A stretch of 64,000 nt of DNA. It comes from Candidatus Nomurabacteria bacterium RIFCSPHIGHO2_12_FULL_42_19 (lineage in GTDB: Bacteria; Patescibacteriota; Minisyncoccia; Phycocordibacterales; UBA9973). Shown piece after piece: positions 45,708 to 54,004 of this stretch. Location: assembly GCA_001786955.1 (NCBI GenBank), contig MFUM01000008.1, forward strand, positions 11,062 through 75,061, given 5' to 3'. Below the pieces are notes generated by a model, which saw nothing but the letters and a program-made list of their open reading frames with translations, had not been told where the DNA came from and ran no database searches. Position 1 is the stretch's first letter. Each line of letters begins with the position of its first letter. Made by a program: the position numbers and the translations under genes.

Positions 45708-47810
45708 ATGGATTTGCCGGAAATACCCATAAATAAAGATGTTACTTATCTCGGTCTAACGACTTATCGGGACAAAAACACACTTTTTGGCATTAAGCGC
45801 AAAGACCGGCGTCAGCATGTTTATCTGCTCGGAAAATCCGGGACCGGTAAATCTGTCCTAATGTTCAACATGATTATCCAGAATATCCAGAACGGCGAAG
45901 GGGTTTGCTTGGTTGACCCGCACGGAGAGAATGTTGAAGCGGTTTTATCCGCCATTCCGCCTCATCGCATGAAAGATGTCATTTATTTTAATCCGGCCGA
46001 TGCGGACTATCATATCGGTTTTAACGTTTTGGAGCTGATTGACCCGCAATACAAGCATCTGGTGGCTTCCGGCTTGATGGGTATTTTTACCAAAATCTGG
46101 GCCAATGCTTGGAGTGCCCGGATGGAATATATTTTAAATAATACGATTTTGGCCCTGCTGGATACGCCGGGCACGACGCTTCTTGGTATTCCCCGAATGC
46201 TGGTGGATAAAGATTACCGTCAGAAAATAATTTCCAATTTGAAAGACCCCGTCATCAAGGCTTTTTGGGTTCACGAATACGAAGCTTGGCAGGATAAATT
46301 CAGAAATGAAGCCATTGCGCCGATTCAGAACAAAGTTGGGCAGTTTCTTTCCACTTCTATCATCCGGAATGTTGTCGGCCAGTCCAAAAGCACCATCAAT
46401 GTTTTTGACATGATGAATGAGGGAAAGATTTTCCTGGTAAATGTTTCCAAAGGGCGTATCGGCGAAGACAACTCCGCCTTGCTGGGCGGCATGATTATTA
46501 CCAAAATCCAGCTGGCAGCCATGGAACGTGTGCGCATTCCCGAAGAACATCGCAGGGACTTTTACCTTTACGTGGATGAATTCCAGAATTTCGTGACGGA
46601 TGCTTTCGCGGGCATTTTATCCGAAGCCAGAAAATACAGACTGAATCTGACCGTGGCTCATCAATATACTGCCCAACTTGTTTCGGATAAAAGCACGGCG
46701 GTGCGCGATGCCGTTTTCGGCAACGTCGGGACGATGATAGTTTTTCGTGTTGGTGCGGACGATGCCGATTTTCTGGAAAAAGAATTCGAACCGGAATTTA
46801 TTCCTCAGGACATAGTTAATTTACCGAACTATAAAGTTTATATGAAATTAATGATAGACGGCGTAACTTCCAGGCCGTTTTCCGCCAAGACTTTGCCACA
46901 GATGGTAAAGTCCGGTGATAAAAAAATAGAAGAAGAGGTTATCCAGTCTTCGCGCGCCCTTTATTGCCGTCCGAAAGAGGTTGTGGAGCGGGAAATCAAT
47001 GACTGGAGCGGAATGTCTCTCGGCAATGACAATGAAACTGCCCCGGGAAGCCTGGAAAAATTTCCGGCTGTTTGTTCATTTTGCAAGAAAGAAACAACCG
47101 TGCCTTTCAAGCCGGAGCCGGGCAGGACAGTTTATTGCAAAGATTGCATAGCCAGAATAAAATCCGGGGAGATAAAAGTGGAAAAGAGCGGAGAACATCA
47201 AATCAAGCATGATGAAACAAAATTTTTTAAGCCATTAGCCGACATAGGGATAGAGTTTGAACAAAAAGACAGGGGTAAAATAGAAGAAGGGGAGAGATAT
47301 CCGGAGCGGGGAGATCACCACTTGGATAAACCTAAATCTGGAGTATTCGGAGCGATTAAAAAAGTTTTTACCTCGCCGCCGAAAGTTTCTAAACCTGCCC
47401 ACGCAGGCGGGGATAATTCGGCCTTGAGAGAAGTTTTAAAAAAGATAGATGAACCTATTTCACTCGATACGCTAAAAAATAAAACTAAAGAAGTCAGTAA
47501 AATTTCTATGCCCTCAAAAGACAGAGCCGCCAGCCCGGAAGATATGAATAAATTAAAAGATTTGATTGCGGAAAAAATTCCTGCCCGCAATGCTTCTAGC
47601 ATAGCTGATGCAGGCGGGGAACCCAAAGAAGAAAACACCACCCCGGCTAAAGCCACCCCTCCTCCGAAAGGAGGGGAAGAAATTCCCCAAAAACCTACAC
47701 CCGTCTCTACTCAAGGCTCCGGCGAGGCAAAGCCAGTTCAAGAGCCTCCACTGACAAAAGGAAACATTCAAGAAATCCCCGAAGATGTCTTAAGAAAAAT
47801 TTTAGAATAG
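45708..47810 (+). CDS. VirD4/TraD/TrwB-like (type IV coupling protein-like) P-loop ATPase, cytoplasmic, with C-terminal CxxC-x13-CxxC zinc ribbon and acidic/Pro-rich tail
   Basis: Walker A 'LLGKSGTGKS', Walker B 'FYLYVDEFQNF', coupling-protein-like 'LTVAHQYTAQL' motif. No TM helices. C-terminus 'CSFCKKETTVPFKPEPGRTVYCKDC'. Confidence 0.55.
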   Translation: MDLPEIPINKDVTYLGLTTYRDKNTLFGIKRKDRRQHVYLLGKSGTGKSVLMFNMIIQNIQNGEGVCLVDPHGENVEAVLSAIPPHRMKDVIYFNPADADYHIGFNVLELIDPQYKHLVASGLMGIFTKIWANAWSARMEYILNNTILALLDTPGTTLLGIPRMLVDKDYRQKIISNLKDPVIKAFWVHEYEAWQDKFRNEAIAPIQNKVGQFLSTSIIRNVVGQSKSTINVFDMMNEGKIFLVNVSKGRIGEDNSALLGGMIITKIQLAAMERVRIPEEHRRDFYLYVDEFQNFVTDAFAGILSEARKYRLNLTVAHQYTAQLVSDKSTAVRDAVFGNVGTMIVFRVGADDADFLEKEFEPEFIPQDIVNLPNYKVYMKLMIDGVTSRPFSAKTLPQMVKSGDKKIEEEVIQSSRALYCRPKEVVEREINDWSGMSLGNDNETAPGSLEKFPAVCSFCKKETTVPFKPEPGRTVYCKDCIARIKSGEIKVEKSGEHQIKHDETKFFKPLADIGIEFEQKDRGKIEEGERYPERGDHHLDKPKSGVFGAIKKVFTSPPKVSKPAHAGGDNSALREVLKKIDEPISLDTLKNKTKEVSKISMPSKDRAASPEDMNKLKDLIAEKIPARNASSIADAGGEPKEENTTPAKATPPPKGGEEIPQKPTPVSTQGSGEAKPVQEPPLTKGNIQEIPEDVLRKILE

Positions 47811-47812
47811 AG

Positions 47813-47841
47813 TCTATTCTATAATTCTATAGAATATTAGA
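47813..47841. promoter_or_regulatory. Near-palindromic 29-bp element, second direct copy, abutting the start of Cys-rich paralog 4
   Basis: Identical to 36165-36193, including the next 12 nt of coding sequence (ATGAAAACAGAA). Confidence 0.5.
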
Positions 47842-49602
47842 ATGAAAACAGAAACAAGAAATTGTCAAAACTGTAAAAAGGACTTCACGATAGAACCCGA
47901 GGATTTTAATTTCTACGAGAAAATCAAAGTTCCTCCGCCGACCTTTTGTCATTTGTGTCGGGCACAGAGGAGATTGGCCTTTAGAAATGAGAGAAAACTT
48001 TTTAAAGTAAAAGATGCTTTTACTGGAGAAAGTATTTTTTCCACTTTTCCCACAGAAAGTGGCAGAAAGATAATTAAGAGAGAAATCTGGATGGGAGACA
48101 CTTGGGATGGCATGGAATACGGTCGGGAGTATGATTTTTCAAAACCTTTTCTACAGCAGTTGCGCGAACTTATCAACTCTTTGCCGATATACAATTTTAA
48201 CGTTATACGCATGGTAAATAGTCCATATTCTTTCAATGCTACGGACCTCAAAAATAGTTATCTTGTCTGCAACTCAAGTTATTCAGAGGATTGCATGTAC
48301 GGGAACGCCATTGATAATTGTAAAGATTGTGTAGATAACTCTCATATTCATGAGTCCGAGCGGTGTTATGAATCCTTTTGGCTCGCCAAATGTTATCAAT
48401 GCTATTTTACCCAGAGGGCAGAGGAGTCCAGAAATCTATGGTTTTGTCGTGGGTGTGTAGGCTGCCAAGATTGTTTCGGGTGTGCTAATTTAGTCAATGC
48501 TTCGTATTGCATTTTTAATAAAAAATATAACCCAGATGAATATCGTAATATTATAAAAGGAATGGAGTTAGATACATACGAAGGAATAATGGTGGCCAGA
48601 GAAAAGGCGCGCGTATTTTGGGATACCCAGCCCGTAAAAAGTATTCAAGGAATAAAGAATGTGAACTCTTCTGGTTCCTATATTACTCACTGCAGGAATG
48701 TTAAGGATAGTTATTTAGTTCGGGAGAGTGAAAACATCCGCTACTGCCAATATCTGCAAGTACCCTCCAGTAAAGAGAATTACGATGTGACAGTGTGGGG
48801 AAACAATACCGAGCTTTGTTACGAGACGGTAGAGTGCGGAGATGATTCGTATAATAATAAATTTACTTGGAATTGTTGGCCTGCTTGTAGAAATCTTGAA
48901 TACTCTACGCATCTTTTCAGTTCTTCGGATTGTTTTGGATGTTCAGGACTAAAGAAAAAACAATATTGCATTTTAAACAAGCAGTATACGAAAGAGGACT
49001 ATAAAGCAATGGTGGAGAAGATTAAAAAACACATGGATGAAATGCCTTATGTCGATGTTCGTGGCCTAATCTATAAATACGGAGAATTTTTACCAATAGA
49101 ATTTTGTCCTTTCGGTTATAACAATACTTTAGCAGGCCAGCATTTTACCTTATCTAAAGAAGAAGCGCTAAAGAATAATTATGGATGGGTTGACGGAGAA
49201 CGAGGAGAATACACTATTACTAAAAAATCTTCGGAACTCCCGGAGTCTATTACCAGCACTTCAGATGATATTTTGAAAGAAGTTTTCGAATGTCAATCAT
49301 GCAAAAATGCTTACCGCGTTCTCGAAAATGAATTGATTTTTTTGCGCAAGGAAAATTTGTCGGCTCCACGTCTCTGTAGTGAATGTAGGCATGAGCGTAG
49401 AATCAACGACAGGCTGAAATTATTTTTATACGAAAGATCCTGTATGTGCGCTGGTATTACCGACCAGACCAATACATATAAAAATACCATTTCTCATAAT
49501 CACAAAGATTTTCCGTGTGGAGAGGTATTCAAAACCGGCTATGCTCCAGACCGCCCGGAAATTGTTTACTGCGAGAAATGTTACCAACAAGAAGTGTATT
49601 GA
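47842..49602 (+). CDS. Cys-rich paralog 4 (586 aa)
   Basis: N-term 'CQNCKKDFTIEPEDFNFYEKIKVPPPTFCHLCR'; central 'CVGCQDCFGCANLVNASYCIFNKKYNPDEY' and 'CFGCSGLKKKQYCILNKQYTKEDY...YKYGEFLP'; C-term '...PDRPEIVYCEKCYQQEVY'. Confidence 0.6.
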   Translation: MKTETRNCQNCKKDFTIEPEDFNFYEKIKVPPPTFCHLCRAQRRLAFRNERKLFKVKDAFTGESIFSTFPTESGRKIIKREIWMGDTWDGMEYGREYDFSKPFLQQLRELINSLPIYNFNVIRMVNSPYSFNATDLKNSYLVCNSSYSEDCMYGNAIDNCKDCVDNSHIHESERCYESFWLAKCYQCYFTQRAEESRNLWFCRGCVGCQDCFGCANLVNASYCIFNKKYNPDEYRNIIKGMELDTYEGIMVAREKARVFWDTQPVKSIQGIKNVNSSGSYITHCRNVKDSYLVRESENIRYCQYLQVPSSKENYDVTVWGNNTELCYETVECGDDSYNNKFTWNCWPACRNLEYSTHLFSSSDCFGCSGLKKKQYCILNKQYTKEDYKAMVEKIKKHMDEMPYVDVRGLIYKYGEFLPIEFCPFGYNNTLAGQHFTLSKEEALKNNYGWVDGERGEYTITKKSSELPESITSTSDDILKEVFECQSCKNAYRVLENELIFLRKENLSAPRLCSECRHERRINDRLKLFLYERSCMCAGITDQTNTYKNTISHNHKDFPCGEVFKTGYAPDRPEIVYCEKCYQQEVY

Positions 49603-49639
49603 AAACTAAGATTTCTGCTATCGCAGAGTTTTAAGTAAA

Positions 49640-51391
49640 ATGAATACAAAAACAGAAACTAGAATATGCCAGAACTGTAAAAAGGACTTCACGATAGAAC
49701 CGGAGGATTTTAATTTTTATGAGAAAATGGCGGTGCCAGCTCCGACTTGGTGTCCTGATTGTCGTTTGCAGAGGCGCCTCACTTTTCGCAACGAAAGAAC
49801 TTTTTACAAACGCCCATGCGATCTATGTGGTGTAAGCACTATTTCAAGATATGATCCCTCTAAGGGAGAGTTAAGTTATTGTGGGGAATGCTGGTGGAGT
49901 GACAAATGGAATCCCGCAAGCTACGGACAGGGCTATGATTTTTCGAGACCATTTTTTGAGCAATTTTCGGAGCTTATGAAAAAAGTTCCGCATCAAAATC
50001 TATCTGTAAGCTATAAGACACTCACTAACAGTGATTTTACAAACATGAATCATTACTTGAAAAATTGTTATTATATATTTAACTCCGACTACGATGAGAG
50101 ATGTTTGTACGGAGAGGAGATAGAACACAGTGCCGATTGTATGGATATGACGATGGCCGAAAACACCCAACTTGCCTATGAGAGCGTAAATTGCAATAAA
50201 TGCTATCAAATTTATTATTCCGTAGATTGCGAAAGTTCCCATGATATTTGGTTTTCTAAGAATTTAGTTGGCTGTTCGAATTGCTTCAGTTGTATTAATT
50301 TGCGTGGTCAACAATATTGCATTTTCAACGAAAAATATAGCCGAGAAGATTATCTAAAAAAACTACAGAAGTTTAATCTAGGTTCTTATGCTGGCACTCA
50401 AGGAATTAAAAAAGAAGCTGCAGGATTCTGGCTCAAATTCCCAAATAAATACATGCATGGAATTCAGAATTTGGATTCCACCGGTGACTATATCTATAAT
50501 TCCAAATATGTAAAAAAATCATTCGTTATTGCAGGAGGAGAATATTGCAAATATTGTTTCCTGCTGATTGGTAAAAATAATAAAGAATGTTATGACTTCA
50601 CGCAGTTTGGCGAGAACACGGAAAAAGTATACGAATCATTAGTTTCTGGGAATGGCATCAGTAATGTTATTGGGGGCATCGTGACTCTCGAAGGAAGAAA
50701 TATAAGATATTCTGTGGATTGCCGTGATAGCAATAGATTTGGTTGTGTAGGGATACGTGATAAAAAACATTATATTTTCAACAAAGAATATACAAAGGAG
50801 GAATATGAAAATTTAGTGCCGAAAATAGTTGAACACATGAATAGCATGCCTTATATTGACAAGAAGGGCTGCCAATATGTTTACGGCGATTTCTTCCCGA
50901 CAGAAATTTCTCCCTATAGTTATAATGAAACCACTGCTCAGGAATTTTTTCCATTAACTAAGCAAGAAGCCGGAGAACAAGGATATTCATGGAAAGAACC
51001 GAAGGAAAGAAATTATAAAATAACTATAGAATCGGAAAATTTACCCGATAATATTAAGGATATTCCAGACGATATGGTATCCGCGGTAATCGGTTGTGAG
51101 CATGGAGGTAAATGCAAAGAACAATGCACTATCGCTTTTAAAATCATAGAACCTGAATTGCAATTTTATAAATCACAAAATTTGCCACTTCCGCATTTGT
51201 GTCCTAATTGCAGACATTACCAAAGAGTTTTAAACAGAAACCCAAATAAATTTTGGCATAGACAATGCATGTGCGACAAAAAGCATGTTCATCACGAAGG
51301 GCAATGTGAAGTCGAATTTGAGACTTCATACGCCCCCGAGCGACCAGAAATTGTATATTGCGAAAAATGTTACCAGCAAGAGGTGTATTAA
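49640..51391 (+). CDS. Cys-rich paralog 5 (583 aa)
   Basis: Same architecture; N-term 'CQNCKKDFTIEPEDFNFYEKMAVPAPTWCPDCRLQRR'; C-term 'CPNCRHYQRV...CMCDKKHVHHEGQCEVEFETSYAPERPEIVYCEKCYQQEVY'. Confidence 0.6.
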   Translation: MNTKTETRICQNCKKDFTIEPEDFNFYEKMAVPAPTWCPDCRLQRRLTFRNERTFYKRPCDLCGVSTISRYDPSKGELSYCGECWWSDKWNPASYGQGYDFSRPFFEQFSELMKKVPHQNLSVSYKTLTNSDFTNMNHYLKNCYYIFNSDYDERCLYGEEIEHSADCMDMTMAENTQLAYESVNCNKCYQIYYSVDCESSHDIWFSKNLVGCSNCFSCINLRGQQYCIFNEKYSREDYLKKLQKFNLGSYAGTQGIKKEAAGFWLKFPNKYMHGIQNLDSTGDYIYNSKYVKKSFVIAGGEYCKYCFLLIGKNNKECYDFTQFGENTEKVYESLVSGNGISNVIGGIVTLEGRNIRYSVDCRDSNRFGCVGIRDKKHYIFNKEYTKEEYENLVPKIVEHMNSMPYIDKKGCQYVYGDFFPTEISPYSYNETTAQEFFPLTKQEAGEQGYSWKEPKERNYKITIESENLPDNIKDIPDDMVSAVIGCEHGGKCKEQCTIAFKIIEPELQFYKSQNLPLPHLCPNCRHYQRVLNRNPNKFWHRQCMCDKKHVHHEGQCEVEFETSYAPERPEIVYCEKCYQQEVY

Positions 51392-51434
51392 TATCTTATT
51401 CTAGTGTTTTGCAAAAGACTGAAATAATAAAAAC

Positions 51435-53207
51435 ATGAAAAGCGAAACTAAAAATTGTCAAAATTGCAAAAAAGATTTCATGATAGAATCGGAGGATTTT
51501 AATTTTTATGAGAAAATTAAAGTTCCTCCGCCGACTTTTTGCCCTGAATGTAGGCTAATTCGCAGAATGACTTGGCGCAACGAGCGATCACTTTTTAAAA
51601 GAGTTTGCGCAAAAACGGGAGAACAAATAATAACCATGTTTCATCCCGAAATTAATATGGTGGTGTATGACCACGACGTGTGGTGGAGCGATAAATGGGA
51701 GCCGACGGATTACGGAAAAGATTACGATTTTTCTCGACCTTTTTTTGAACAGTTTAGGGAACTATTCCAAAAAGTACCGCTTGCAAATTTAGGGAATTCA
51801 AACTGTAAAGGAAGTCCGTACGGTAATCACAATGCGGATTGCAAATATTGCTATTTGACATACGCTTCTTTTAATAATGAACGAACACATTATTCTTATG
51901 GAGTAGTTGAAACGAAAGATTGTGTAGATATGTATAAATGCGGTAAATCTGAATTAAGTTACAACGACACCCTTTGTGCCGGCTTATATAAAACCCATTT
52001 TTCTTACGATTCCGATGAGTCGATAAATTCTTTTTTCTTAAAGTATTGCAAAAATCTGCAGGATTGCATTGGCTGTGTTAATTTAAGGAACAAGAGTCAT
52101 TGCATTTTAAATGTGCAATATACGAAGGAAGAATATAAAAAGAAAAAAAAAGAATTGGACTTCGGCAGCTATCGAATTCTCTCTGAATTTAAAGATTCTT
52201 ACGACAAATTTGTTCTTAATTTTCCAAACAGATACGCAAGTATTATAAAATCCACCGAAGCAACTGGCGACGAAATTATGAATTCCAAAAATATAAAAAA
52301 TTCTTTTGATATTTTTGGAGAGGCTGAAGATTCAAAATATTTATTTCACTGCGTAAGTATTAAAGACAGTTATGACATGTATGGCGCCGGATTGGCGTCT
52401 CTTATGTATGAGGGGATAGATGCTGGCATAGACGCGTCAAAAGAACTGTTCTGCGCGATTGCCCATAGTTGTTTGGATATTTATTATTCTTATATGTGTT
52501 TTAGCTCAAAAAATCTTTTTGGCTGTATTGGGTTGCGAGGTAAGCAATATTGTATTTTAAATAAGCAATATTCCAAAGAGGAATACTTTAATTTATTACC
52601 TAAAATTATTGAACACATGAACACCATGCCTTTTAAAGATAAAAAAGGTCTAATTTACAAATATGGAGAATTTTTTCCATCCGAATTGTCGCCTTTTGCT
52701 TATAATGAAACGATGGCTCAGGAGTATTTTACTAAAACAAAAGAAGAAATAATTCAAAAGGGGCATGTTTACCGAACACCAACTGAAAAAGATTATCAAG
52801 TTACCATATTGAGTAAAGATTTGCCGGATCACATCAGAGATGTTCCTGAAACCATACTTGAGGAAATTATCGCTTGTCCTAACAATGGACAAGAATCAAC
52901 TCAATGCACTAAGGCTTATCGCATCACTAAACCGGAATTAGATTTTTTAAAAAATAATAATATTACACTACCAAGATATTGTCCGAATTGTAGACACTAC
53001 GGAAGGCTGAAGCAAAGAAATCCGTTTCATCTTTGGCGAGGCAAATGCCAGTGTGCTGGAGATTATTCCAAAAACAAAAAATATAAAAACACAATGGAGC
53101 ATATCCACGGAAACAAACCATGTCTGAATGAGTTTGAAACCCCATACGCTCCCGAGCGGTCGGAAATAATTTACTGCGAAAAGTGTTATCAGCAGGAAGT
53201 ATATTAG
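51435..53207 (+). CDS. Cys-rich paralog 6 (590 aa)
   Basis: Same architecture; N-term 'CQNCKKDFMIESEDFNFYEKIKVPPPTFCPECRLIRR'; C-term '...ETPYAPERSEIIYCEKCYQQEVY'. Confidence 0.6.
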   Translation: MKSETKNCQNCKKDFMIESEDFNFYEKIKVPPPTFCPECRLIRRMTWRNERSLFKRVCAKTGEQIITMFHPEINMVVYDHDVWWSDKWEPTDYGKDYDFSRPFFEQFRELFQKVPLANLGNSNCKGSPYGNHNADCKYCYLTYASFNNERTHYSYGVVETKDCVDMYKCGKSELSYNDTLCAGLYKTHFSYDSDESINSFFLKYCKNLQDCIGCVNLRNKSHCILNVQYTKEEYKKKKKELDFGSYRILSEFKDSYDKFVLNFPNRYASIIKSTEATGDEIMNSKNIKNSFDIFGEAEDSKYLFHCVSIKDSYDMYGAGLASLMYEGIDAGIDASKELFCAIAHSCLDIYYSYMCFSSKNLFGCIGLRGKQYCILNKQYSKEEYFNLLPKIIEHMNTMPFKDKKGLIYKYGEFFPSELSPFAYNETMAQEYFTKTKEEIIQKGHVYRTPTEKDYQVTILSKDLPDHIRDVPETILEEIIACPNNGQESTQCTKAYRITKPELDFLKNNNITLPRYCPNCRHYGRLKQRNPFHLWRGKCQCAGDYSKNKKYKNTMEHIHGNKPCLNEFETPYAPERSEIIYCEKCYQQEVY

Positions 53208-53245
53208 AACCCTTCCCGCCTGCGAAGGAGGGGATTGAGGGGTGG

Positions 53246-53983
53246 TTAGATGCCTTTTACCGTCCGGTAAGTGGCTATAATGGCGGCAGTTTCGGCGCGT
53301 AGAGTAAGTGACCCCAGGGAATAAATATTATAACCAGAATTTTTTGCCAAGTTTATCTCCTTTTCCGTAAAACCGCCTTCGGGACCGATAAAAATGCTGA
53401 TATTCTGTGCTTCCTTGTTCGGGATATATAAATTATTTCCTAAATGAAAAATTATTTTTTCTTCTGCTTTGTTTCCGTCAGTTAAGGCGTCTTTAAATTT
53501 TAGAATAGGAAATAATTCCGGGACGAAACTTCTCCCGGACTGCTCACTTGCTTCCAAGATTATTTTTTTTAGACGGTCTGTGTTTAATCCGGTTTTTATT
53601 GTTCTTTCAGTGATTGTCGGTATGATTTCCGAAACTCCGGCCTCAACCGCTTTCTGTACCGCTAACTCGAAATTTTCTTTTTTCAAAATTGCCAGATACA
53701 GACTCACTTTTCTTTTGGTTTTGTCTTTTTTTTCTACTTTATTAATGATACCCGTAACTTTATTTGCAGATACTAGAACCAAAGTTACTTCCGCATTATT
53801 TCCCTTGCCATCTGCGAGAATTATTATATCGTCTTTTTTTAATCTCAAAACGCCCTTTATTTGCTTGATTATTTTGGTATCAAGAATTTCCACTTCTGTA
53901 CCCGAGATAAATCCCTGTCCGCCTTTGGTGGAATAGTTCCCGATAAATCTGTTTAGTCGCATTCTTTTATGATACACTTTCAA
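53246..53983 (-). CDS. rsmE: 16S rRNA (uracil1498-N3)-methyltransferase RsmE
   Basis: SPOUT-fold C-terminal region 'IGPEGGFTEKEI...TLRAETAAI'; N-terminal PUA-like region. Confidence 0.75.
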   Translation of the reverse strand: MKVYHKRMRLNRFIGNYSTKGGQGFISGTEVEILDTKIIKQIKGVLRLKKDDIIILADGKGNNAEVTLVLVSANKVTGIINKVEKKDKTKRKVSLYLAILKKENFELAVQKAVEAGVSEIIPTITERTIKTGLNTDRLKKIILEASEQSGRSFVPELFPILKFKDALTDGNKAEEKIIFHLGNNLYIPNKEAQNISIFIGPEGGFTEKEINLAKNSGYNIYSLGSLTLRAETAAIIATYRTVKGI

Positions 53984-54004
53984 CGTTGAACAATCAATAA
54001 ATAA

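Noticed and set aside
36194-53207. CRISPR-like or other non-coding repeat interpretation of the repeated 1.7-kb units
   Set aside because: Each unit is a long intact ORF with conserved Cys spacing and amino-acid-level rather than nucleotide-level conservation. There are no short direct repeats with unique spacers. These are protein paralogs.
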